Assembly: GCA_047285535.1 (NCBI GenBank)
Contig: JBJBDC010000001.1
Location: 128,136-192,135 of the forward strand
Length of the DNA stretch: 64,000 bases
Direction of reading: 5' to 3'
From: Synechococcus sp.
GTDB lineage: Bacteria > Cyanobacteriota > Cyanobacteriia > PCC-6307 > Cyanobiaceae
Part shown: one piece after another, positions 1-12,000 of the stretch
Layout: each line of letters starts with the position of its first letter
Numbering within the stretch: position 1 is the stretch's first letter
Made by a program: the position numbers and the translations under genes
The notes under the pieces: model-generated
Seen by the model: the letters and a program-made list of their open reading frames with translations, nothing else
Told to the model about the DNA's origin: nothing
Database searches by the model: none

Positions 1-45
1 TCAGCACTTTGGAACTGATTGGGCATGAATTTTACTCTTATCTCC

Positions 46-3000
46 TTAAGTATTTAATAGACTTAAATCCTGATCTTGCGTACTGTTGTCAGGTAATGGT
101 GCTGCAGTTTGACTTGTGTCGCTGAGATCAGGTGGAGCCATGACATCATCATCGGTTTGCTGAGGTGATGCAAATGCATCCTCCATGGAAGTGACTGGTA
201 CGTCGCTGGGATCTTGAGGGAGTGGTGTTAGCGCAGCATCGCCGCTGAGACTGCTTTCATCTGCAGAATTGGTTGATGTGTCTTGTCCATTCAGGGCGGC
301 TATCGCATCGGCATCGAGTTGTTGCAGATCACTGATGGCATCAGCCAGGCTGTGCCCATCGATTGCGGGAGGGCTTTGAGTTGCATCGCTAAGGACAGAA
401 TCAAGCTGCCCAGGTTTTGATTCCGAAGCGGAGCTGGACGTTTGAGCCTGGATGGTTGCCTGGAGATCTTTCTGGGTGTCGGCATCCAGCCCGGAGACAT
501 CAAGTTGCAGAGATGGCGCATTACCGTTTTGTGGATCGGTAATCGTTTCCAGAATGTCGCCTTGATCGGTGTGGATGGTTCGCGTGATCAGTTGCGAACC
601 GTCATCTTGAGTGCTCTGACTAAGATCAACATCATCATGGTCTGTTTTCAGTCCAAGAGAGATCAAGGCAGCCAATGTGGCTTCTGTATCGCTATCTGCT
701 TGGGCCGATGCCAAGGCATCATTAGCAATGACTGAAATGTCTGCTGTGAATCCATTTTGATCAGGTTCATCATGTTGCGTTTGGCTGGGTGTGACATTCG
801 TATTGAATTTTGGAAGAGTGAAGTTGACAGATTTGGTGTCACCATCGGCGTCCTTGATGCTCAATGTTAGGTCTAAATTGCGGCCAATTGAAACTCCTGG
901 ATCGGCCTTGAAATCAATGGTTCCATTGTGACTGCCTGAGCTCAAAACAGTATTCCCTGTGTTTATGGTAAAGGTGCCAAGGCCATTTATTTTGATTTCA
1001 AATTCACCATTTCCCAGATCCTTAACGTTGCTCGTATTTTGATTGCCGCCAAAAGTGGCCGCGAATGCTTGAACAGGTGAATGCCCGCCTGTGCCTAGAA
1101 GAGTGCTTTTTTGCTCAAGAGTAAACTCAACTACTCCGTTATTCTGTAAGCTGGTTGCTGCAAGATCATCGTCACTGCCAGGGTCAAAATTAAAATCAAG
1201 GTGTACGTCTACATTTTGAAAACTTTGTTGAACAGCGTGTTGAATTTGCTGAGAAAGACTGCCATCTAAAGTGTCGTGCGAATTTACTTGTTCAAATGAG
1301 CTGCCATCTGGAAGACTGCCTTTGAAGAGGGACTGTAGTTGACTTCCAATTGAATTGTTGGTCCTATCTACGATGCCAACACCTATGACGTTCGGAGTTT
1401 CGTGGCCGACTTGTTGGTCTAGCGTTTTTAGTGCCTGGTCGAGGTTATGCGATAATTGGGCACCTTGGCTGTTAAAACCGCTTGACATTATTGGTGTGAT
1501 TTCATTATTTGGCCCTGAGCTTTTATTATTTTCTATGCTGGTAATAGTAATCCCGCTCGCTTCATTTGGCGTAAATACTAAGGGGTTGGCTTCTATGGGA
1601 TTGGGATGATGATGATGGGGGTGATTGATATTCGGATCAATCACCTTGGGGAACCCGAGCCAGCCAATAATGTCACCATTGTTATCTCGTACTGCATGAC
1701 TATTGGAATAACCGTGCCCCCTGGTCCCTAGGGGATTGTTGTGGTCATTAATCATTCCATCTATTTGGGCACGCGTAAGCTTCTGTTCATGCTGAATGCC
1801 CGCACTATCTGTATACGTAATTTTAAGTTCACTAGTGGCTTTGTTTCTTGAATTCCAGCCGCTTATGTTATTTAATCCGTATTGATGTTGCCCTTCGTTG
1901 TAAGTTGTAAGTACGTAGCTGTTGCTAGAGATCATGTCTTGACCTTTGGATGTCTCTCCATCTGTCATTATTACCATATTCGTGTCGGTTTTGATTTCAG
2001 CTCCAGATGGTGTGTGGTGTTGATCGGAAATATTGCTTTGCTGCCAGCTTGTTGTTATGTTTTGTGCGGCTTTCCATGCCTCTGTGTGATTTGTGCCGGA
2101 TATTTTTACGTTGTGTAAGAGATTATTTATGCTTGCTAGGATGTGAGGCCTTCCGTAATTTGTGTCGTCTATGGTTACGGATTGTGTTTGTGCGCTGGCT
2201 CCAAAGATGGCTGCGCCAAGATGTACGTTTCCTGGTGTGTGTCCTGCTAAAGGTTCTAGCTTCCAATCGTTTAAGTCTGTGAGGCCATTTTGAGACGTAG
2301 TAACTTTGTATCCTGCATTCTCGAACGCCTGTTTGATGAGATGTGCGGAGGCTAATAACTGCTGATGGATTTTCGAATGAGTATTTGCGTTATCAGGGTC
2401 TTGATGGCCATTGCTCCAGCCCATTGAACCGCTGTAATCGAGCACAAGCCCAATATTCTGATGAGCATCAAAGATTGTTGTTGTAGTAATCGTTGTTGTG
2501 CCTGTTGATGGAGGGGTTGAAGTTTGAGGGTGCTGTGTGGTGCTGACGCTTGCATTCCCCATTGAGATGCTGGGCCCTGAATCTTGAAAGGCAAAGATGC
2601 CTGAGGAAGCATCAATGGATGTGGAAGCGGAATCACCATCTTGATCGGTGATGGAGGCTGTAATTTTTAAGGTATTTGGTAAAGCTGTAAGGAGAGTTTG
2701 TTCGTTATTGCTGCTGGTGTTGTCTTGCCAGATGGGCTTGATTTGATCAAGAACGAGATTGTTTTTTCCATCAATAGTGATGGTGAAGAGATCCTCAGAC
2801 CCATCGGACTTTCCGCCTGATGGATAGCCGTGAATCACGCCATTTGAATCTCTGTGGAGAAGGATTTCAGGCCCTTGAATGGGACCACCGCTTGGATTCA
2901 GTGCGTGTAGACCGGAGTTTGCGTCTTGTGCGGAGAGATCGAGTGAATAGGCGATGGACTGTGTGCCATCGGCGCCAGGTGTGAAAGCAGAAGAGAAGAG

Positions 3001-6000
3001 AGAGGAGAGGGAAGTGGCGGCATTAACGTTGAGAGTGTCGTCATCGGTGACGAGAGGAGAGAGTGTGCCGACTTTGGAGGGATCAACGGATGGCCCTGAA
3101 TCTTGAAAGGCAAAGATGCCTGAGGAAGCATCAATGGATGTGGAAGCGGAATCACCATCTTGATCGGTGATGGAGGCTGTAATTTTTAAGGTATTTGGTA
3201 AAGCTGTAAGGAGAGTTTGTTCGTTATTGCTGCTGGTGTTGTCTTGCCAGATGGGCTTGATTTGATCAAGAACGAGATTGTTTTTTCCATCAATAGTGAT
3301 GGTGAAGAGATCCTCAGACCCATCGGACTTTCCGCCTGATGGATAGCCGTGAATCACGCCATTTGAATCTCTGTGGAGAAGGATTTCAGGCCCTTGAATG
3401 GGACCACCGCTTGGATTCAGTGCGTGTAGACCGGAGTTTGCGTCTTGTGCGGAGAGATCGAGTGAATAGGCGATGGACTGTGTGCCATCGGCGCCAGGTG
3501 TGAAAGCAGAAGAGAAGAGAGAGGAGAGGGAAGTGGCGGCATTAACGTTGAGAGTGTCGTCATCGGTGACGAGAGGAGAGAGTGTGCCGACTTTGGAGGG
3601 ATCAACGGATGGCCCTGAATCTTGAAAGGCAAAGATGCCTGAGGAAGCATCAATGGATGTGGAAGCGGAATCACCATCTTGATCGGTGATGGAGGCTGTA
3701 ATTTTTAAGGTATTTGGTAAAGCTGTAAGGAGAGTTTGTTCGTTATTGCTGCTGGTGTTGTCTTGCCAGATGGGCTTGATTTGATCAAGAACGAGATTGT
3801 TTTTTCCATCAATAGTGATGGTGAAGAGATCCTCAGACCCATCGGACTTTCCGCCTGATGGATAGCCGTGAATCACGCCATTTGAATCTCTGTGGAGAAG
3901 GATTTCAGGCCCTTGAATGGGACCACCGCTTGGATTCAGTGCGTGTAGACCGGAGTTTGCGTCTTGTGCGGAGAGATCGAGTGAATAGGCGATGGACTGT
4001 GTGCCATCGGCGCCAGGTGTGAAAGCAGAAGAGAAGAGAGAGGAGAGGGAAGTGGCGGCATTAACGTTGAGAGTGTCGTCATCGGTGACGAGAGGAGAGA
4101 GTGTGCCGACTTTGGAGGGATCAACGGATGGCCCTGAATCTTGAAAGGCAAAGATGCCTGAGGAAGCATCAATGGATGTGGAAGCGGAATCACCATCTTG
4201 ATCGGTGATGGAGGCTGTAATTTTTAAGGTATTTGGTAAAGCTGTAAGGAGAGTTTGTTCGTTATTGCTGCTGGTGTTGTCTTGCCAGATGGGCTTGATT
4301 TGATCAAGAACGAGATTGTTTTTTCCATCAATAGTGATGGTGAAGAGATCCTCAGACCCATCGGACTTTCCGCCTGATGGATAGCCGTGAATCACGCCAT
4401 TTGAATCTCTGTGGAGAAGGATTTCAGGCCCTTGAATGGGACCACCGCTTGGATTCAGTGCGTGTAGACCGGAGTTTGCGTCTTGTGCGGAGAGATCGAG
4501 TGAATAGGCGATGGACTGTGTGCCATCGGCGCCAGGTGTGAAAGCAGAAGAGAAGAGAGAGGAGAGGGAAGTGGCGGCATTAACGTTGAGAGTGTCGTCA
4601 TCGGTGACGAGAGGAGAGAGTGTGCCGACTTTGGAGGGATCAACGGATGGCCCTGAATCTTGAAAGGCAAAGATGCCTGAGGAAGCATCAATGGATGTGG
4701 AAGCGGAATCACCATCTTGATCGGTGATGGAGGCTGTAATTTTTAAGGTATTTGGTAAAGCTGTAAGGAGAGTTTGTTCGTTATTGCTGCTGGTGTTGTC
4801 TTGCCAGATGGGCTTGATTTGATCAAGAACGAGATTGTTTTTTCCATCAATAGTGATGGTGAAGAGATCCTCAGACCCATCGGACTTTCCGCCTGATGGA
4901 TAGCCGTGAATCACGCCATTTGAATCTCTGTGGAGAAGGATTTCAGGCCCTTGAATGGGACCACCGCTTGGATTCAGTGCGTGTAGACCGGAGTTTGCGT
5001 CTTGTGCGGAGAGATCGAGTGAATAGGCGATGGACTGTGTGCCATCGGCGCCAGGTGTGAAAGCAGAAGAGAAGAGAGAGGAGAGGGAAGTGGCGGCATT
5101 AACGTTGAGAGTGTCGTCATCGGTGACGAGAGGAGAGAGTGTGCCGACTTTGGAGGGATCAACGGATGGCCCTGAATCTTGAAAGGCAAAGATGCATGAG
5201 GAAGCATCAATGGATGTGGAAGCGGAATCACCATCTTGATCGGTGATGGAGGCTGTAATTTTTAAGGTATTTGGTAAAGCTGTAAGGAGAGTTTGTTCGT
5301 TATTGCTGCTGGTGTTGTCTTGCCAGATGGGCTTGATTTGATCAAGAACGAGATTGTTTTTTCCATCAATAGTGATGGTGAAGAGATCCTCAGACCCATC
5401 GGACTTTCCGCCTGATGGATAGCCGTGAATCACGCCATTTGAATCTCTGTGGAGAAGGATTTCAGGCCCTTGAATGGGACCACCGCTTGGATTCAGTGCG
5501 TGTAGACCGGAGTTTGCGTCTTGTGCGGAGAGATCGAGTGAATAGGCGATGGACTGTGTGCCATCGGCGCCAGGTGTGAAAGCAGAAGAGAAGAGAGAGG
5601 AGAGGGAAGTGGCGGCATTAACGTTGAGAGTGTCGTCATCGGTGACGAGAGGAGAGAGTGTGCCGACTTTGGAGGGATCAACGCTTGGAGCGGTGTCATT
5701 GATGAGGAAAGCGCCAGAGATATCGAGGCTGTTGCTAGCGGAGGCGTGATCGCCATCGGCATCGGTGATGGTGTCAGTGCGTGTGATGCTGAGGACGTTG
5801 TTGTTGAAGGAGAGTTGATCGCCTGTGCCTGATTTGCTGGGGTCTGAATGTTGTAGATCCTGAGAGGAAGAGAAAGTGGCTTGGCCGGATGTTGGATCGA
5901 GAGTGATTTGAAGAGCGTTGGATCCGTTTGGGTTAGGAGAGTTTGAGTTGCCAACAAGCCCGACGACGTTGTCTCCGGATTGGAAGAGGAAGATGTGATT

Positions 6001-9000
6001 GCCGTTGTGATCCTGGAGTCCAGAATCAACGCCATTGTGATTTAAAGAGAAAGAGAATGCGGTTGTGAGGGAGGCATTTTGATCGACGGCATTGGAGTTT
6101 CCAGTGGAGAAATTGGAGGAGAAGTTATGGGAAGCAGCGCCATTGATGCCGCCTTGTTCAGTGACAACAAAGTCAGGAATTGTGCCTGTGGTGGCAGGTG
6201 GAGTAATGGATGGAGCGGTGTCATTGATGAGGAAAGCGCCAGAGATATCGAGGCTGTTGCTAGCGGAGGCGTGATCGCCATCGGCATCGGTGATGGTGTC
6301 AGTGCGTGTGATGCTGAGGACGTTGTTGTTGAAGGAGAGTTGATCGCCTGTGCCTGATTTGCTGGGGTCTGAATGTTGTAGATCCTGAGAGGAAGAGAAA
6401 GTGGCTTGGCCGGATGTTGGATCGAGAGTGATTTGAAGAGCGTTGGATCCGTTTGGGTTAGGAGAGTTTGAGTTGCCAACAAGCCCGACGACGTTGTCTC
6501 CGGATTGGAAGAGGAAGATGTGATTGCCGTTGTGATCCTGGAGTCCAGAATCAACGCCATTGTGATTTAAAGAGAAAGAGAATGCGGTTGTGAGGGAGGC
6601 ATTTTGATCGACGGCATTGGAGTTTCCAGTGGAGAAATTGGAGGAGAAGTTATGGGAAGCAGCGCCATTGATGCCGCCTTGTTCAGTGACAACAAAGTCA
6701 GGAATTGTGCCTGTGGTGGCAGGTGGAGTAATGGATGGAGCGGTGTCATTGATGAGGAAAGCGCCAGAGATATCGAGGCTGTTGCTAGCGGAGGCGTGAT
6801 CGCCATCGGCATCGGTGATGGTGTCAGTGCGTGTGATGCTGAGGACGTTGTTGTTGAAGGAGAGTTGATCGCCTGTGCCTGATTTGCTGGGGTCTGAATG
6901 TTGTAGATCCTGAGAGGAAGAGAAAGTGGCTTGGCCGGATGTTGGATCGAGAGTGATTTGAAGAGCGTTGGATCCGTTTGGGTTAGGAGAGTTTGAGTTG
7001 CCAACAAGCCCGACGACGTTGTCTCCGGATTGGAAGAGGAAGATGTGATTGCCGTTGTGATCCTGGAGTCCAGAATCAACGCCATTGTGATTTAAAGAGA
7101 AAGAGAATGCGGTTGTGAGGGAGGCATTTTGATCGACGGCATTGGAGTTTCCAGTGGAGAAATTGGAGGAGAAGTTATGGGAAGCAGCGCCATTGATGCC
7201 GCCTTGTTCAGTGACAACAAAGTCAGGAATTGTGCCTGTGGTGGCAGGTGGAGTAATGGATGGAGCGGTGTCATTGATGAGGAAAGCGCCAGAGATATCG
7301 AGGCTGTTGCTAGCGGAGGCGTGATCGCCATCGGCATCGGTGATGGTGTCAGTGCGTGTGATGCTGAGGACGTTGTTGTTGAAGGAGAGTTGATCGCCTG
7401 TGCCTGATTTGCTGGGGTCTGAATGTTGTAGATCCTGAGAGGAAGAGAAAGTGGCTTGGCCGGATGTTGGATCGAGAGTGATTTGAAGAGCGTTGGATCC
7501 GTTTGGGTTAGGAGAGTTTGAGTTGCCAACAAGCCCGACGACGTTGTCTCCGGATTGGAAGAGGAAGATGTGATTGCCGTTGTGATCCTGGAGTCCAGAA
7601 TCAACGCCATTGTGATTTAAAGAGAAAGAGAATGCGGTTGTGAGGGAGGCATTTTGATCGACGGCATTGGAGTTTCCAGTGGAGAAATTGGAGGAGAAGT
7701 TATGGGAAGCAGCGCCATTGATGCCGCCTTGTTCAGTGACAACAAAGTCAGGAATTGTGCCTGTGGTGGCAGGTGGAGTAATGGATGGAGCGGTGTCATT
7801 GATGAGGAAAGCGCCAGAGATATCGAGGCTGTTGCTAGCGGAGGCGTGATCGCCATCGGCATCGGTGATGGTGTCAGTGCGTGTGATGCTGAGGACGTTG
7901 TTGTTGAAGGAGAGTTGATCGCCTGTGCCTGATTTGCTGGGGTCTGAATGTTGTAGATCCTGAGAGGAAGAGAAAGTGGCTTGGCCGGATGTTGGATCGA
8001 GAGTGATTTGAAGAGCGTTGGATCCGTTTGGGTTAGGAGAGTTTGAGTTGCCAACAAGCCCGACGACGTTGTCTCCGGATTGGAAGAGGAAGATGTGATT
8101 GCCGTTGTGATCCTGGAGTCCAGAATCAACGCCATTGTGATTTAAAGAGAAAGAGAATGCGGTTGTGAGGGAGGCATTTTGATCGACGGCATTGGAGTTT
8201 CCAGTGGAGAAATTGGAGGAGAAGTTATGGGAAGCAGCGCCATTGATGCCGCCTTGTTCAGTGACAACAAAGTCAGGAATTGTGCCTGTGGTGGCAGGTG
8301 GAGTAATGGATGGAGCGGTGTCATTGATGAGGAAAGCGCCAGAGATATCGAGGCTGTTGCTAGCGGAGGCGTGATCGCCATCGGCATCGGTGATGGTGTC
8401 AGTGCGTGTGATGCTGAGGACGTTGTTGTTGAAGGAGAGTTGATCGCCTGTGCCTGATTTGCTGGGGTCTGAATGTTGTAGATCCTGAGAGGAAGAGAAA
8501 GTGGCTTGGCCGGATGTTGGATCGAGAGTGATTTGAAGAGCGTTGGATCCGTTTGGGTTAGGAGAGTTTGAGTTGCCAACAAGCCCGACGACGTTGTCTC
8601 CGGATTGGAAGAGGAAGATGTGATTGCCGTTGTGATCCTGGAGTCCAGAATCAACGCCATTGTGATTTAAAGAGAAAGAGAATGCGGTTGTGAGGGAGGC
8701 ATTTTGATCGACGGCATTGGAGTTTCCAGTGGAGAAATTGGAGGAGAAGTTATGGGAAGCAGCGCCATTGATGCCGCCTTGTTCAGTGACAACAAAGTCA
8801 GGAATTGTGCCTGTGGTGGCAGGTGGAGTAATGGATGGAGCGGTGTCATTGATGAGGAAAGCGCCAGAGATATCGAGGCTGTTGCTAGCGGAGGCGTGAT
8901 CGCCATCGGCATCGGTGATGGTGTCAGTGCGTGTGATGCTGAGGACGTTGTTGTTGAAGGAGAGTTGATCGCCTGTGCCTGATTTGCTGGGGTCTGAATG

Positions 9001-12000
9001 TTGTAGATCCTGAGAGGAAGAGAAAGTGGCTTGGCCGGATGTTGGATCGAGAGTGATTTGAAGAGCGTTGGATCCGTTTGGGTTAGGAGAGTTTGAGTTG
9101 CCAACAAGCCCGACGACGTTGTCTCCGGATTGGAAGAGGAAGATGTGATTGCCGTTGTGATCCTGGAGTCCAGAATCAACGCCATTGTGATTTAAAGAGA
9201 AAGAGAATGCGGTTGTGAGGGAGGCATTTTGATCGACGGCATTGGAGTTTCCAGTGGAGAAATTGGAGGAGAAGTTATGGGAAGCAGCGCCATTGATGCC
9301 GCCTTGTTCAGTGACAACAAAGTCAGGAATTGTGCCTGTGGTGGCAGGTGGAGTAATGGATGGAGCGGTGTCATTGATGAGGAAAGCGCCAGAGATATCG
9401 AGGCTGTTGCTAGCGGAGGCGTGATCGCCATCGGCATCGGTGATGGTGTCAGTGCGTGTGATGCTGAGGACGTTGTTGTTGAAGGAGAGTTGATCGCCTG
9501 TGCCTGATTTGCTGGGGTCTGAATGTTGTAGATCCTGAGAGGAAGAGAAAGTGGCTTGGCCGGATGTTGGATCGAGAGTGATTTGAAGAGCGTTGGATCC
9601 GTTTGGGTTAGGAGAGTTTGAGTTGCCAACAAGCCCGACGACGTTGTCTCCGGATTGGAAGAGGAAGATGTGATTGCCGTTGTGATCCTGGAGTCCAGAA
9701 TCAACGCCATTGTGATTTAAAGAGAAAGAGAATGCGGTTGTGAGGGAGGCATTTTGATCGACGGCATTGGAGTTTCCAGTGGAGAAATTGGAGGAGAAGT
9801 TATGGGAAGCAGCGCCATTGATGCCGCCTTGTTCAGTGACAACAAAGTCAGGAATTGTGCCTGTGGTGGCAGGTGGAGTAATGGATGGAGCGGTGTCATT
9901 GATGAGGAAAGCGCCAGAGATATCGAGGCTGTTGCTAGCGGAGGCGTGATCGCCATCGGCATCGGTGATGGTGTCAGTGCGTGTGATGCTGAGGACGTTG
10001 TTGTTGAAGGAGAGTTGATCGCCTGTGCCTGATTTGCTGGGGTCTGAATGTTGTAGATCCTGAGAGGAAGAGAAAGTGGCTTGGCCGGATGTTGGATCGA
10101 GAGTGATTTGAAGAGCGTTGGATCCGTTTGGGTTAGGAGAGTTTGAGTTGCCAACAAGCCCGACGACGTTGTCTCCGGATTGGAAGAGGAAGATGTGATT
10201 GCCGTTGTGATCCTGGAGTCCAGAATCAACGCCATTGTGATTTAAAGAGAAAGAGAATGCGGTTGTGAGGGAGGCATTTTGATCGACGGCATTGGAGTTT
10301 CCAGTGGAGAAATTGGAGGAGAAGTTATGGGAAGCAGCGCCATTGATGCCGCCTTGTTCAGTGACAACAAAGTCAGGAATTGTGCCTGTGGTGGCAGGTG
10401 GAGTAATGGATGGAGCGGTGTCATTGATGAGGAAAGCGCCAGAGATATCGAGGCTGTTGCTAGCGGAGGCGTGATCGCCATCGGCATCGGTGATGGTGTC
10501 AGTGCGTGTGATGCTGAGGACGTTGTTGTTGAAGGAGAGTTGATCGCCTGTGCCTGATTTGCTGGGGTCTGAATGTTGTAGATCCTGAGAGGAAGAGAAA
10601 GTGGCTTGGCCGGATGTTGGATCGAGAGTGATTTGAAGAGCGTTGGATCCGTTTGGGTTAGGAGAGTTTGAGTTGCCAACAAGCCCGACGACGTTGTCTC
10701 CGGATTGGAAGAGGAAGATGTGATTGCCGTTGTGATCCTGGAGTCCAGAATCAACGCCATTGTGATTTAAAGAGAAAGAGAATGCGGTTGTGAGGGAGGC
10801 ATTTTGATCGACGGCATTGGAGTTTCCAGTGGAGAAATTGGAGGAGAAGTTATGGGAAGCAGCGCCATTGATGCCGCCTTGTTCAGTGACAACAAAGTCA
10901 GGAATTGTGCCTGTGGTGGCAGGTGGAGTAATGGATGGAGCGGTGTCATTGATGAGGAAAGCGCCAGAGATATCGAGGCTGTTGCTAGCGGAGGCGTGAT
11001 CGCCATCGGCATCGGTGATGGTGTCAGTGCGTGTGATGCTGAGGACGTTGTTGTTGAAGGAGAGTTGATCGCCTGTGCCTGATTTGCTGGGGTCTGAATG
11101 TTGTAGATCCTGAGAGGAAGAGAAAGTGGCTTGGCCGGATGTTGGATCGAGAGTGATTTGAAGAGCGTTGGATCCGTTTGGGTTAGGAGAGTTTGAGTTG
11201 CCAACAAGCCCGACGACGTTGTCTCCGGATTGGAAGAGGAAGATGTGATTGCCGTTGTGATCCTGGAGTCCAGAATCAACGCCATTGTGATTTAAAGAGA
11301 AAGAGAATGCGGTTGTGAGGGAGGCATTTTGATCGACGGCATTGGAGTTTCCAGTGGAGAAATTGGAGGAGAAGTTATGGGAAGCAGCGCCATTGATGCC
11401 GCCTTGTTCAGTGACAACAAAGTCAGGAATTGTGCCTGTGGTGGCAGGTGGAGTAATGGATGGAGCGGTGTCATTGATGAGGAAAGCGCCAGAGATATCG
11501 AGGCTGTTGCTAGCGGAGGCGTGATCGCCATCGGCATCGGTGATGGTGTCAGTGCGTGTGATGCTGAGGACGTTGTTGTTGAAGGAGAGTTGATCGCCTG
11601 TGCCTGATTTGCTGGGGTCTGAATGTTGTAGATCCTGAGAGGAAGAGAAAGTGGCTTGGCCGGATGTTGGATCGAGAGTGATTTGAAGAGCGTTGGATCC
11701 GTTTGGGTTAGGAGAGTTTGAGTTGCCAACAAGCCCGACGACGTTGTCTCCGGATTGGAAGAGGAAGATGTGATTGCCGTTGTGATCCTGGAGTCCAGAA
11801 TCAACGCCATTGTGATTTAAAGAGAAAGAGAATGCGGTTGTGAGGGAGGCATTTTGATCGACGGCATTGGAGTTTCCAGTGGAGAAATTGGAGGAGAAGT
11901 TATGGGAAGCAGCGCCATTGATGCCGCCTTGTTCAGTGACAACAAAGTCAGGAATTGTGCCTGTGGTGGCAGGTGGAGTAATGGATGGAGCGGTGTCATT

